DNA of 64,000 bases, from the NCBI GenBank assembly GCA_963676835.2, contig CAXXFF010000002.1, positions 192,001 through 256,000 on the forward strand, given 5' to 3'. Under the pieces are notes generated by a model. The model saw only the letters and a program-made list of their open reading frames with translations, ran no database searches and was not told where the DNA came from. The DNA comes from Marispirochaeta sp. GTDB lineage: Bacteria; Spirochaetota; Spirochaetia; JC444; Marispirochaetaceae. Made by a program: the position numbers and the translations under genes. Shown here piece by piece: positions 25,261 to 34,938 of the stretch. Positions within the stretch are counted from its first letter, which is position 1. Each line of letters starts with the position of its first letter.

Positions 25261-26724
25261 TTAAGCATCAGGAAAGTCAGTTAGTACGGGATATGTAAGA
25301 TCTTCTGTAGGATCAGAGGTGTAATCACCATAGTTATGATTGTATACTGTCTGGATCAAAGTATTCACCGTATCTATCGAATTTTTAACCGTGCTGTCCA
25401 GATTCATGGACTGGCCGGGATAGGCAGGATTTTCTGAGGTGGTTTCCAGCACTGTCAATTCCGTTGCAGTAAACGCTGAATCTATGTCAGCTGTTGGATC
25501 CCAGATTGAAAGATCGGAATCAACAATGACATCACTGACATCGACATCAGTTCCACTATCATAATCCCCCTGGGTTCCTGACACCAGATCATCAAGCCAA
25601 TACATGCTTGGATTTGTAATATCATCGGTATGCAGCTCGTATCCTGAAGGTGCACTCAAAACAGATATGGGATAATGATTGGTCATGTAGCAGTTAGCCT
25701 CAAATAAATCCAGTGTATCTCCGCTTCCGCTGGTTGAACCTGTTCCCGATTTCAATATACTGCCATCCCAACCGAAATACTCAACCAGCATCTGATCTAC
25801 ACTGCCGTCATCGGCAGTCTTGTAGAGTCCGTAACCGCCGGCATTTCCATCTCCCACAAGAATAGTAACCCAGTGAGAATCACTGTCCGAAACCGCAGGG
25901 GATTCATATCCGTGGTGCACGTTGTAGAATTCAATACCCGAGAGACTTCCACCCTGAACATCAATATCACAGTAGGTATAATCAAATTCCCCGGTGGTCA
26001 TGCCCCGGACGAAATCATAGTTGAACATGATCTCGGAAACCCCTGTGGAGGAATTATAGCTTACGTAGCCGGAATTGAGAAAAACATCTGGATTGCTGTA
26101 TGTTTCCAAGCCGGTATAGGCTTCATAACGGGTAAAACCCGTTGTGTCACTGTCCCGGTAGGCAGAGATCATTGCATATGAGTAGGCAGACATTTCTGCC
26201 ATATCCACGGTCCAGTAGAGGGTAATGTTGTTTCCGCTGGTAATAACTCGGACACTGCCCATGTCTCTTCCCGCTTCTCCGGCAATACTAAGCCATGTGT
26301 CTCCCTCAAAATCAACATCCCCCACATCATATACGCCATCGGTAATCTCTGAGCCTACCCATTCCGGGAGTTTTTTTGCCCAGGTTATGGTTTTATATGC
26401 CATATGATTCAGATAATCGGGAGTGCCGTAGTCTGCGGCAAGCTTCAATGCTGTTTCATACCCAGGCCCGACGATGGGGTCTCCTCCAGTTACAGGGCTA
26501 ACTATCTGGTTAGCAATACTCATGGCAGAAGTAAAGCCATCCGCGTTGTCCATTCCCGGCATTACGATAGCAGGATATGCGAGCTCGCTTAAGGCGGTAT
26601 TCATGGAAACCGAGGAAGGTGCCCCGCCACCGGATGCACCGGATGCGGCACATCCCGAAAGGAGGAATAATACAACACTGAAAATGGTAATAATCCAGCA
26701 AATTCCTTTTCTACATTTGTCCAC
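25261..26724 (-). CDS. hypothetical acidic lipoprotein
   Basis: GTG start with AAGAGG SD; lipobox LLSGC, then Ala/Ser/Gly linker; Asp/Tyr/Ser/Thr-rich; no family recognised. Confidence 0.75.
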   Translation of the reverse strand: MDKCRKGICWIITIFSVVLFLLSGCAASGASGGGAPSSVSMNTALSELAYPAIVMPGMDNADGFTSAMSIANQIVSPVTGGDPIVGPGYETALKLAADYGTPDYLNHMAYKTITWAKKLPEWVGSEITDGVYDVGDVDFEGDTWLSIAGEAGRDMGSVRVITSGNNITLYWTVDMAEMSAYSYAMISAYRDSDTTGFTRYEAYTGLETYSNPDVFLNSGYVSYNSSTGVSEIMFNYDFVRGMTTGEFDYTYCDIDVQGGSLSGIEFYNVHHGYESPAVSDSDSHWVTILVGDGNAGGYGLYKTADDGSVDQMLVEYFGWDGSILKSGTGSTSGSGDTLDLFEANCYMTNHYPISVLSAPSGYELHTDDITNPSMYWLDDLVSGTQGDYDSGTDVDVSDVIVDSDLSIWDPTADIDSAFTATELTVLETTSENPAYPGQSMNLDSTVKNSIDTVNTLIQTVYNHNYGDYTSDPTEDLTYPVLTDFPDA

Positions 26725-26831
26725 AGAGACCTCTTAATAATCTGTATTTTGAGTAATTCTATATGCAAAATTATCTATCTGTAAAGTTTTTTTACAATTA
26801 GAATTTTAAAAAACCATACAGTGAATCCGCT

Positions 26832-26972
26832 GAATCCGACCCTCACCCCGGCCCTCCCAGAGGGCGAGGGAGACTATAATACTCGTCTTTCTCCCCCTCG
26901 CCCTTCGTGAGAAAGGCCCGGGGGGTGAGGGCCCAAAAAAGCCCCCGGCGTCAACCGGAGGCGTATAAACAG
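26832..26972 (+). repeat. direct repeat copy 2: palindromic element plus htpG terminator
   Basis: gaatccgaccctcacccc...agggcgaggg...ccctcgccct...ggggtgagggccc-aaaaaa-gcccccggcgtcaaccggaggcgtataaacag. Confidence 0.85.
26935..26962 (-). terminator. intrinsic terminator of htpG
   Basis: Minus strand gcctccgg-ttgacg-ccgggggc then TTTTTT, ~40 nt after the htpG stop. Confidence 0.75.
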
Positions 26973-27001
26973 AATATAAAAACAATATAAAAGGGAAGCT
27001 T

Positions 27002-28879
27002 TTACAGCGCCATGCCCATAATGCGGTTCAGCCGCTTTACAAACTCAGCAGGATGCTTCAGCTCGGCACCTTCAATCATCATTGCCTGCTCAAGCAGCAG
27101 GGTGGCAACATCTTCCACCAGGGCTTTGTCGTCTTTCTTGCCCTCAAGCTTTTTAACGATTTCGTGGTCCGGGTTAATTTCCAGAATCGGCTTGATCTCC
27201 GGAAGCTCCGTCTGGCCCATGGCCTTGAGCATCTGCTGCATCTGCATGGAGGGGTCATCCTCGTCGGCGATGATACAGGAAGGAGAATCAGAGAGACGGC
27301 TGGATGCAACAACATCCTTAACCCGGTCGCCCAGGGCATCCTTGATCTTCTTGATCAGGGGCTTAATCTCTTTCTCTTTCTTCTTGTCCTCGTCGGTCTT
27401 GAGGTCGTCCGCGGATCCGCTCTTGTTCACCGCTTTAAGATCAACATCCTCGTACTTTCCGATGGAAGGCACGACAATCTCGTCAATCTCATCGTCCATA
27501 ATCAGGACTTCAATGCCCTTGGACTTGTAGGCCTCAAGAAGAGGTGAGTTTCTTAAGGTCTCTTCCTTCTCTCCGGTAATGTAGTAGATGCCCTTCTGGT
27601 CTTCCTTCATCCGTTCCTTGTAGGCCGCAAGGCTGGTATAACCTTCAACCTCGGTGGATTTGAAGCGCACCAGTTCAAGCAGGGTCTCCCGGTTGGCAAA
27701 ATCAGAGTAGAGACCTTCCTTCAGAGGGCGGTTGAACTGCTCCACAAACTCCTTCCAGAGTTCCGCGTTGTTCTCCGCAACCTTTTTAAACTCACTGAGG
27801 ATTTTTTTGGTAGAGGCGGAGGTAATGTTTGAAAGAACCCGGTTCTGCTGCAGAATCTCCCGGCTTACATTCAGGGGAAGGTCTTCGGAGTCGATAATAC
27901 CCCGGACAAAACGCAGGTAGGTGGGCAGAAGCTCTTTAGAATCGTCGGTAATAAAAACCCGTCTTACATAAAGCTTAACCCCGGGCTTATAATCCGCCTG
28001 GAACATGTCAAAAGGAGCCTTCTTCGGAATATAGAACAGGGTTGTATATTCCTGTGTTCCCTCAGCCTGGGTGTGAAGCCAGAAAAGGGGATCATCATAG
28101 TCGTGACCTATGGTCTTGTAGAACTCTTTGTAGTCATCATCGGAAAGTTCGCTCTTGGAGCGTTTCCACATGGCCGACGCGGAGTTGATCTGATCGGTTT
28201 TCTGCTCTTTCTTCTCCTTGCGGTCATCGCCTTCACCTTCGTACTCGGTTGCTTCGTAATGAAGGTAAATGGGGAAGGCCACATGGTTGGAGTATTTTTT
28301 AATAACCTGTTCAATCTGCCAGCGGCTGGCGTACTCCTTGCCTTCGTCGTTCAGATGCAGGGTAATGGTGGTTCCGTAGGAGTCCCGGGAAGCTTCGCTG
28401 ATTTCGTAGTCGCCCTTTCCATCACTTACCCATTTATAGGCTTTTTCATCCCCGGCTTTGCGGGAAATTACATCAACAGTATCTGCAACCATAAAGGAAG
28501 CATAGAAACCGACTCCAAACTGTCCAATCAGGTTGGAATCCTTCTTCGCGTCTCCCGTAAGCTGTCCCAGAAAATTCTTGGTTCCGGAACGGGCAATGGT
28601 ACCGAGGTTTTCAACCAGATCTTCCTCGTTCATTCCGATGCCGCTGTCGCTGATGGTAAGAGTGGGCTTATCCCCTTCCACAAACTGGATATCCACCCTG
28701 GGATCAAACTGCAGGGATTTGTACTCATCCTGAGTAAGGGTAAGATACTTCAGTTTGTCCAGAGCATCTGAAGCGTTGGAAATAAGCTCCCGTAAAAATA
28801 TTTCCTTGTGGGAATAGAGTGAATGGATAATAAGGTGCAGAAGCTGGGATACTTCCGTCTGAAATTGATGCTTTGACAT
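27002..28879 (-). CDS. htpG: molecular chaperone HtpG (Hsp90)
   Basis: FLRELISNASDA, NLGTIARSGT, IGQFGVGFY and LPLNVSREILQ motifs. Confidence 0.97.
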   Translation of the reverse strand: MSKHQFQTEVSQLLHLIIHSLYSHKEIFLRELISNASDALDKLKYLTLTQDEYKSLQFDPRVDIQFVEGDKPTLTISDSGIGMNEEDLVENLGTIARSGTKNFLGQLTGDAKKDSNLIGQFGVGFYASFMVADTVDVISRKAGDEKAYKWVSDGKGDYEISEASRDSYGTTITLHLNDEGKEYASRWQIEQVIKKYSNHVAFPIYLHYEATEYEGEGDDRKEKKEQKTDQINSASAMWKRSKSELSDDDYKEFYKTIGHDYDDPLFWLHTQAEGTQEYTTLFYIPKKAPFDMFQADYKPGVKLYVRRVFITDDSKELLPTYLRFVRGIIDSEDLPLNVSREILQQNRVLSNITSASTKKILSEFKKVAENNAELWKEFVEQFNRPLKEGLYSDFANRETLLELVRFKSTEVEGYTSLAAYKERMKEDQKGIYYITGEKEETLRNSPLLEAYKSKGIEVLIMDDEIDEIVVPSIGKYEDVDLKAVNKSGSADDLKTDEDKKKEKEIKPLIKKIKDALGDRVKDVVASSRLSDSPSCIIADEDDPSMQMQQMLKAMGQTELPEIKPILEINPDHEIVKKLEGKKDDKALVEDVATLLLEQAMMIEGAELKHPAEFVKRLNRIMGMAL

Positions 28880-29052
28880 TTCGGCTGTCTCCTCTTAAAC
28901 GTGATATTTGTATTAATTCCGGTGTAGCGGAAATATACTAGGAGAGCGCTAAAATATCAAGAAAATTGAAAGCTGAGGGGCGACTGTGTTATACTTTCTC
29001 TATAAGACCCTTGCTATACTTCCATCTGGCAAAAATTTACTCACGAGGCGAT

Positions 29053-31629
29053 ATGATGAAAAAAACAGGTCCGGCCCTTATTCCAACGCTTTTTCTGTTG
29101 GCTGCCCTCTCTCTAACAGGCTGCGGCGAGAAACAGGCTGCCGCACCGGTTCCCGTGCCGGAACCTGTGGTCGAGGCGGTGGAATTGCCTCCGGTGGAAG
29201 CTCCGGCTCTGGATGAGGGTCTTATTGCCTATGTCAGCGGTATTGTAGATATATCCGACGGCAGCGACTGGTTCCCCGCGGAAATCGGCGACATGATAAC
29301 CATAGCAGATACGATAAAAACCGGAGCCGATTCAAGCTGCGAAATTCAGTTTGGAACCACGGCGGTTATTCACCTGAAAGAAAATACCGAAATCTCCGTA
29401 AGCAGAATCTCCCTTACCCCGGAGTCAAATAAAGTCGGGCTGGATATGGTTGCAGGTTCAGTTCTGGCAAAGGTTCAGAAACTTGCAGAAAAAGACAGCT
29501 TCAGCGTTCGCACTTCCAACACTGTCTGTGGTGTCCGGGGAACTGAATTCAGCGTAAGCGAAGAACCCGGACAGCAAACAGTACTGGCCGTAAAGGAAGG
29601 AAGCATTGCAGTACTGCCTCCCGAGCTCGATGTTGAGGCATTGAAGGAACAGGTTGCCGGCAAGGGAGAAACAGCCCAGGCGGTAATCGACCAGATTCTT
29701 GCAGAAGCCCCCAGGGTGGAAGCAAACCAGGAGATGGCCCTTACCGAAGAGTATCTGGAAGAGACCAGGGAGATTACAGAAACCGTTACAAAGGCGGTTA
29801 CAGAAATTGCCGAAGCAAAAGACGCTGCTGAGGCGGAAGCAAAAACAGAGCAGTTAGCGGCAGCCACCATTGCCTCCACCAAAGACCTTGCCATAAAAAC
29901 TGCTCCGGCGGCGGCAATTTCCGCGGAGAAAGCTGAAGCCCTGAAGCAGACAGATAAAATGAAGATTCTCGATATCCCTGTGGCGGCAAGCAGAGAAGAT
30001 AAAGCCACCCAGCCTCAGATTCAGCTGTATAAAGTGGGTATAAAAGTTCAGCCTGCAGATGCACGTATTGTCCTGAACGGCGAGTCTACGGCTAGGGGAA
30101 ACTTTTCAGCCCTCTACGAGGCAGGAACAAATCTCTCTTTCAGCATAGAACGGGAAGGATACGCTCCCTATAATCTGCCGGTGTCCGTGAGCCCCGAGGA
30201 TGCAAAGCTCTATACCATACAGCTTGCCGCCCTGGTTATTGAACAGAAACCTGCGGAGTCAGCTCCGGAAACAACAGCGCCAGAAGAAGTTCCGGAAGCA
30301 GCGGGAGAGAAATCCCCTGCCATTGAGAAAACAGTTGAAACTACATCTGAGACAGCCGAGCCCGTAGCGGAAGCAGCTCAACCTGAGGCTGCTGTAGCAG
30401 AAGAGGCGGAGATTGAAGAAGCTCCTAAAAGAGTCCCGGTTAGAATAAGCGCTCTTCCCGCTGACGCATCCATTATCATCAACGGAGCCGCAGCACAGAC
30501 AGGCAGTTTTGAAACAGAAGCCCTTCCAGGGACCGAACTGTCCGTTAAAATAAGCAGGCGTGGCTTCGAGGATCAAACCCTGCAGTTAACCACCGGCGAA
30601 ACAGCACTGGATCAGGAAGTACGCTTAAAGGGAAAACCTCTTATCTTCAGCCAGTCTGCAGGAAGAGAGACTATCCGGGGTATTGCCGCAGGCGGAACTA
30701 TAATTGTAGCTTCCGATGCAGCAGGGACCCTGTCCGCTGCGGACTTGACGGGCAGAAAACTCTGGACACTAGAGACCCCAAACAAGCCCAATGAGAATTC
30801 CGCCCCGGTCATTATTCAGGGAAAGGCCTATTTCTCCGGCTCAAAAGCCCTAATCGTCGCCGATCTTGCTTCGGGCAATACGGTTCAGTCTGTTGAACTG
30901 GACGGAAACCGGTCCCACGTTTTCGGACGGAAGGTTGCTGAATTCAACCGCCAGGTTCTTTACCCATCAAATAGTGCTCTGGAGTTATTCAGCCCCTCCA
31001 GCGGCAGCTTCAGCTCTTTTGCAGCGATTCCCGGAGAGGGATCAAAAATGTCTCCAGGAATCTATCAGGGCAGCGTACTTATCGCCGATCAGGAAGGGAA
31101 TTTTCTGATTATCAAGGACGGAACTGTCCAGGCAAGCATAGCCACCGATGCGGTTATGCCCGTGGCTCTGGCTGTTTCGGTTAAAGGGAACAAGGCAGTA
31201 TTTTCAGGCAGAAAAGGCAATGTGGTCTGCATCGATCTCTCTTCTCAATCGGTTCTCTGGCAGCAGAAAATCAGCGATGAGAATGTTTCGGTCACTGCAG
31301 ACATAGCCCTAGGCAGCCGGGGTGCATATATCTTCGGACGGGATGGTGCGATCTATGGATTGAACCTTAATGACGGCAGCAGCCTCTTTGCTCCTATCCG
31401 GGGAGCATCCGCACCGCCGCTGTATCTTCCAGGAAAAGACCAGATTGTCTATGGAACGGGGGACAACAAGCTAATCTTCGCGGCAGCTGCCACGGGAAAG
31501 ACAATAAAGAGCCTTGCCATACAGAGTACCGTAAGCAGCAGACCGGCACTGATTCCCGGCGACAGTTTAATCGCTGTGGGCACCAGGCAGGGACAGCTGC
31601 TGCTCATCGAGCCCGCCGGCATCCAGTAG
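29053..31629 (+). CDS. lipoprotein: FecR-like domain + two PEGA-like domains + PQQ-type beta-propeller
   Basis: Lipobox SLTGC; DTIKTGADSSCEIQFG and VCGVRGTEF (FecR-like); V.PADA.I.NG...IEREGY twice (PEGA); C-terminal propeller repeats with LW motifs. Confidence 0.75.
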   Translation: MMKKTGPALIPTLFLLAALSLTGCGEKQAAAPVPVPEPVVEAVELPPVEAPALDEGLIAYVSGIVDISDGSDWFPAEIGDMITIADTIKTGADSSCEIQFGTTAVIHLKENTEISVSRISLTPESNKVGLDMVAGSVLAKVQKLAEKDSFSVRTSNTVCGVRGTEFSVSEEPGQQTVLAVKEGSIAVLPPELDVEALKEQVAGKGETAQAVIDQILAEAPRVEANQEMALTEEYLEETREITETVTKAVTEIAEAKDAAEAEAKTEQLAAATIASTKDLAIKTAPAAAISAEKAEALKQTDKMKILDIPVAASREDKATQPQIQLYKVGIKVQPADARIVLNGESTARGNFSALYEAGTNLSFSIEREGYAPYNLPVSVSPEDAKLYTIQLAALVIEQKPAESAPETTAPEEVPEAAGEKSPAIEKTVETTSETAEPVAEAAQPEAAVAEEAEIEEAPKRVPVRISALPADASIIINGAAAQTGSFETEALPGTELSVKISRRGFEDQTLQLTTGETALDQEVRLKGKPLIFSQSAGRETIRGIAAGGTIIVASDAAGTLSAADLTGRKLWTLETPNKPNENSAPVIIQGKAYFSGSKALIVADLASGNTVQSVELDGNRSHVFGRKVAEFNRQVLYPSNSALELFSPSSGSFSSFAAIPGEGSKMSPGIYQGSVLIADQEGNFLIIKDGTVQASIATDAVMPVALAVSVKGNKAVFSGRKGNVVCIDLSSQSVLWQQKISDENVSVTADIALGSRGAYIFGRDGAIYGLNLNDGSSLFAPIRGASAPPLYLPGKDQIVYGTGDNKLIFAAAATGKTIKSLAIQSTVSSRPALIPGDSLIAVGTRQGQLLLIEPAGIQ

Positions 31630-31656
31630 GGCCTGCCGGTACGATATAAGTTATAC

Positions 31657-32247
31657 GTGGATATACCCTTAGAGTCTGCCAGTGCCGAGCTGGAAATAGA
31701 AAAATCACGCTTTATTGCCGCCGCCTCCATGGTTGAAACCGAGGAGGCGGCTCAGGCCATTGTTAAAAAGACACGAGAAGAACACCCCAAGAGCCGCCAT
31801 GTAGTTTGGGCCTATGTAATCGGCGATGAGAAACGCCAGTACCTGGGCATGTCCGACGATGGTGAGCCCAAGGGAACCGCCGGGCGGCCCGCCCTGTCAG
31901 CCCTGCAGTACAGCGGGCTTACCAACATTCTGGTTACTGTGGTGCGCTACTTCGGCGGTGTTAAGTTGGGGACAGGTGGGCTGGTTCGGGCTTATACTGA
32001 TTCAGTGAAAGCGGTAATTGATGATATTCCGCGGAAAAAGCTGGTGGAAGAGGTTCAGCTGGAGCTGCGCTTTGCTTATGGAATGTATGAAAGCATAAAA
32101 AAGCAGATAGACCAGCACAAGGCTGCCATTCAACAGGAAGAGTTTACCACTGAGGTTATGATTTGCTGTACAGTGGAAAAGGAAGCGTCGGTTTCCCTGA
32201 AACAGACTCTTGTCGAAGCTGCGAAAGGTCAAATCAGTATCAAGTAA
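31657..32247 (+). CDS. yigZ: YigZ/IMPACT family protein
   Basis: IEKSRFIA, SDDGEPKGTAG and VVRYFGGVKLGTGGLVRAY motifs. Confidence 0.93.
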   Translation: MDIPLESASAELEIEKSRFIAAASMVETEEAAQAIVKKTREEHPKSRHVVWAYVIGDEKRQYLGMSDDGEPKGTAGRPALSALQYSGLTNILVTVVRYFGGVKLGTGGLVRAYTDSVKAVIDDIPRKKLVEEVQLELRFAYGMYESIKKQIDQHKAAIQQEEFTTEVMICCTVEKEASVSLKQTLVEAAKGQISIK

Positions 32248-32269
32248 AGCTAAAAAAAGGAAAAAACTT

Positions 32270-32743
32270 TCAGGTCTCTTTACGGCCTTCCACAGCATCG
32301 ATTGCCCGGATCAGCGGGGCATCATCAACAGAATGAAGGATTCCCACACTGGTGCCCCCAGGGTAGTTATTCACATTTCGGGTTATCAGGTACCTGGCTC
32401 CAGCTGCTTTCGCGGATGCCAGCTGCAGAGCATCCTCGTAATCTTTTACGCCCGGTGCGGAGAGCAGAAACCTGGCCTCCGGTCCCGGCAGATCAACAAT
32501 GTCGGTATACTTGAGAAGCTCGTCAATGGCAGCCAGGCTGACCGCATGCTTATTCCGCGCTCCCTTTAAGGCACTGTTAGCAAAGATATAATGCACATTG
32601 GCTACCGCCAGGGGAGAGGTAATCAGCTGGATATAATTGCTCTCTTCTCCCAGCAGGAAAATTGAGTCGGAATAGGCGACATACTCTTCCCGGCCAAGCA
32701 GACTGTCCAGCATTACATCACAGTCGAGAAAGAGTTTAATCAA
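32270..32743 (-). CDS. PIN-domain protein (VapC-like toxin)
   Basis: LFLDCDVMLD, DYEDALQ and ITRN motifs; overlaps the upstream small ORF. Confidence 0.82.
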   Translation of the reverse strand: MIKLFLDCDVMLDSLLGREEYVAYSDSIFLLGEESNYIQLITSPLAVANVHYIFANSALKGARNKHAVSLAAIDELLKYTDIVDLPGPEARFLLSAPGVKDYEDALQLASAKAAGARYLITRNVNNYPGGTSVGILHSVDDAPLIRAIDAVEGRKET

Positions 32744-32984
32744 TATACTTTTCCTTCAGGTAGCGGTATTTCGGATCATCCGAATCATCCACAAGCTCTA
32801 TCTCCGGCAGCCGTTCCCGCAGAAGATCGAGGCGGTTTTTTACCTTTGTTTCACCTTCCTCGAAATCACGGAGATAGGAAAAGATTTTCTCCACCACCGC
32901 AGACACATTAGTTCCGTGGGATTTCGCATAATGCCGGGCGTATTCCTTGATATCGTCCCGGAGGGAGAGGTTCATGCTTTGCAT
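32736..32984 (-). CDS. putative RHH-type antitoxin (DUF6364-like)
   Basis: MNLSL.DDIKEYA..YAK..GTNVSAVVE; 82 aa; directly upstream of the PIN gene; AGGAG SD. Confidence 0.75.
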   Translation of the reverse strand: MQSMNLSLRDDIKEYARHYAKSHGTNVSAVVEKIFSYLRDFEEGETKVKNRLDLLRERLPEIELVDDSDDPKYRYLKEKYID

Positions 32985-32997
32985 TTCAGGATACTCC

Positions 32998-33035
32998 TAT
33001 GTGCATAATTTATCGCCGCTTATGCGCATAGTCAA
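32998..33035 (-). promoter_or_regulatory. toxin-antitoxin (TA) promoter with two palindromic operators
   Basis: TTGACT-N17-TAAATT; palindromes TATGTGCATA (32998-33007) and TATGCGCATA (33021-33030). Confidence 0.75.
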
Positions 33036-33142
33036 GCCGACGCATCAATGGTTACTACTCATGGAGAGAAATCTTTAGCCCTCAATACAGTAGTAACAGG
33101 TTCAATTTGTCGGAATATTATAGCTTCTGTAAATAAAGGGAT

Positions 33143-33901
33143 TTAAGGAACTAATGAATATCCAAGAGTCAGGGAATTGTCACCACTATTAATAAAAATA
33201 TTAGGTGTGACAGCATTAACGGGGAGAAAACTCGCATAATCGCCCGAATCGGGGGTACCGTTACCATTCATATCCAGATAGGCGAAATAGGTAAAAGTGG
33301 CATTTGAGAGAAAAAAACAAAGCTCGCCAACTTCCGCGGAGTTATTGAGCATTGTAGTTATACTGGGAATCCATGCAGTACAGTCAAAAGTTCCGGACCC
33401 ACTCTGAAACTGAACATAAAGCGGCTGGGTTTCAGAAGGGCGTACTGGAAGATTTGTGGACCAATTGACCCATAGGCGAAAATCTGGACCAAGAGGATAA
33501 GAATAATCAAAACTATTTACTATGCCTTTTATCTCTACACTCTCACCAGACTCTGGCTTAACCTGAAACACCGGCATAATCTGATCGCCTGCCAGGATAG
33601 TCCCTGAGGCATCACTATCTTCTAGGATATAAATATAGTACATGCCGTTTTCTTCACCTGCAGGAACATCGAGTAAAACCACATCTTTGGTTATGTTAAT
33701 AGTTGGTGCAGCAGGAAAGATAACTGTCTGTAAATCAATAGAGTTGCTGTAAGTGGGAGTAAAGAAGTTAGAAGACAATGTAATATAAACTTCATCGCTA
33801 CCAGTTGTATTGGTAAAATCTTTTAAAACTATGCTTGTCCGCTCCTCCTCACATGCTGCCAACAGACAAAATGAAAGGAGAATGAGTACCCACTTTTTCA
33901 T
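33143..33901 (-). CDS. hypothetical lipoprotein with two related Ig-like halves and Dx[DN]xxG-like Ca-binding loops
   Basis: Lipobox LLAAC; YIYILEDSDASGTILAGD resembles YFAYLDMNGNGTPDSGD; ATGA coupling to the upstream gene. Confidence 0.7.
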   Translation of the reverse strand: MKKWVLILLSFCLLAACEEERTSIVLKDFTNTTGSDEVYITLSSNFFTPTYSNSIDLQTVIFPAAPTINITKDVVLLDVPAGEENGMYYIYILEDSDASGTILAGDQIMPVFQVKPESGESVEIKGIVNSFDYSYPLGPDFRLWVNWSTNLPVRPSETQPLYVQFQSGSGTFDCTAWIPSITTMLNNSAEVGELCFFLSNATFTYFAYLDMNGNGTPDSGDYASFLPVNAVTPNIFINSGDNSLTLGYSLVP

Positions 33902-34938
33902 TCCCGGGCCTCCTCAATATATGCGGCTGGGAGGCTGTAAATTCCATAAACCCTGTCCCCATCCTTCTCATTGGAAGAATAGAGAAACACAAGTTCCCGT
34001 TCAGTGGAGGAACGAAAACCAAGCAACCGCATATTTTCAAGTTCATGGCTTTTTATTAAACCACCATTCTGATTGAAAATCTTCAGCACATTGCCATCCA
34101 TACCTACAAAGCGGGTACGGCTTACAAAATAAAAATCGCCGTCTGCATCTATGTCCGTCCATGTGAAATCAGGGACCGTGGCATCTACATTTACAAGAAC
34201 ATTTTTTCTTTCTCCCGTAAGTCCATCTGTACGGGAAAGAATGAATTTATGCCTGCTATCTATCGACGCAGTATAGGAAGGAGCAAACGCTGGAACATCT
34301 ACCGATATAGAGCCCCAAATAGAGGTCGCCTCGGGATAGACCATTGCAGTAACAGTCGACAGAGGGAGTGTTGACGTCGGAATAACAGAATTTGGCGGAT
34401 CATCAAGAAAGATGCCGGCCGAATAGTCTACGCTTGAAGCATCTAATGTAAACCCGTCTCCGGGATTCCCTGCAAAAGCTAAATCACCGTACACATAGAG
34501 AGTTGATTCTGATACAACTGAGTTTGTCGTAACAGAATCCTTAAAAACAGACCATACTTTGTTGGGAAGATCAGCCCAGTCCAACTCCATGAATTCTGCG
34601 GGAGCAGAACCATAGATCTGTACAAACCATCCCTGTTCATCCAGTGAAATAATCTTACGAGAATCTGACAAACTAAAGATCGACCAATAAGTATCGCCAT
34701 CACAATAATAAAGTTGATTCATCATGCTCCATTGGCTATAAGCATAAAAATATAAACCCGTGGAATCAGAATTGTCCGGGACTGCCCAGTGAAGATCATA
34801 TTCTGGAACAAACTCATCTGTCTTTAGTGTTCCCTCATACTCAAAAGGCAGCTCAAGAAAAGCAGCCTCCTCCAGATAGGAAGGCACACAGGAGAAGAGC
34901 ATGGGTAGAAACAGTGTCAGCAGTACAAACTTTCTCAT
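33898..34938 (-). CDS. hypothetical beta-rich lipoprotein
   Basis: Start MRKFVLLTLFLPMLFSC (lipobox); ATGA overlaps at both ends. Confidence 0.72.
   Translation of the reverse strand: MRKFVLLTLFLPMLFSCVPSYLEEAAFLELPFEYEGTLKTDEFVPEYDLHWAVPDNSDSTGLYFYAYSQWSMMNQLYYCDGDTYWSIFSLSDSRKIISLDEQGWFVQIYGSAPAEFMELDWADLPNKVWSVFKDSVTTNSVVSESTLYVYGDLAFAGNPGDGFTLDASSVDYSAGIFLDDPPNSVIPTSTLPLSTVTAMVYPEATSIWGSISVDVPAFAPSYTASIDSRHKFILSRTDGLTGERKNVLVNVDATVPDFTWTDIDADGDFYFVSRTRFVGMDGNVLKIFNQNGGLIKSHELENMRLLGFRSSTERELVFLYSSNEKDGDRVYGIYSLPAAYIEEARE

Noticed and set aside
23841..26972. Integron cassette array or insertion sequence
   Set aside because: No integrase or transposase, and I could not identify attC R/L boxes or target-site duplications; kept only as a repeat-flanked islet.
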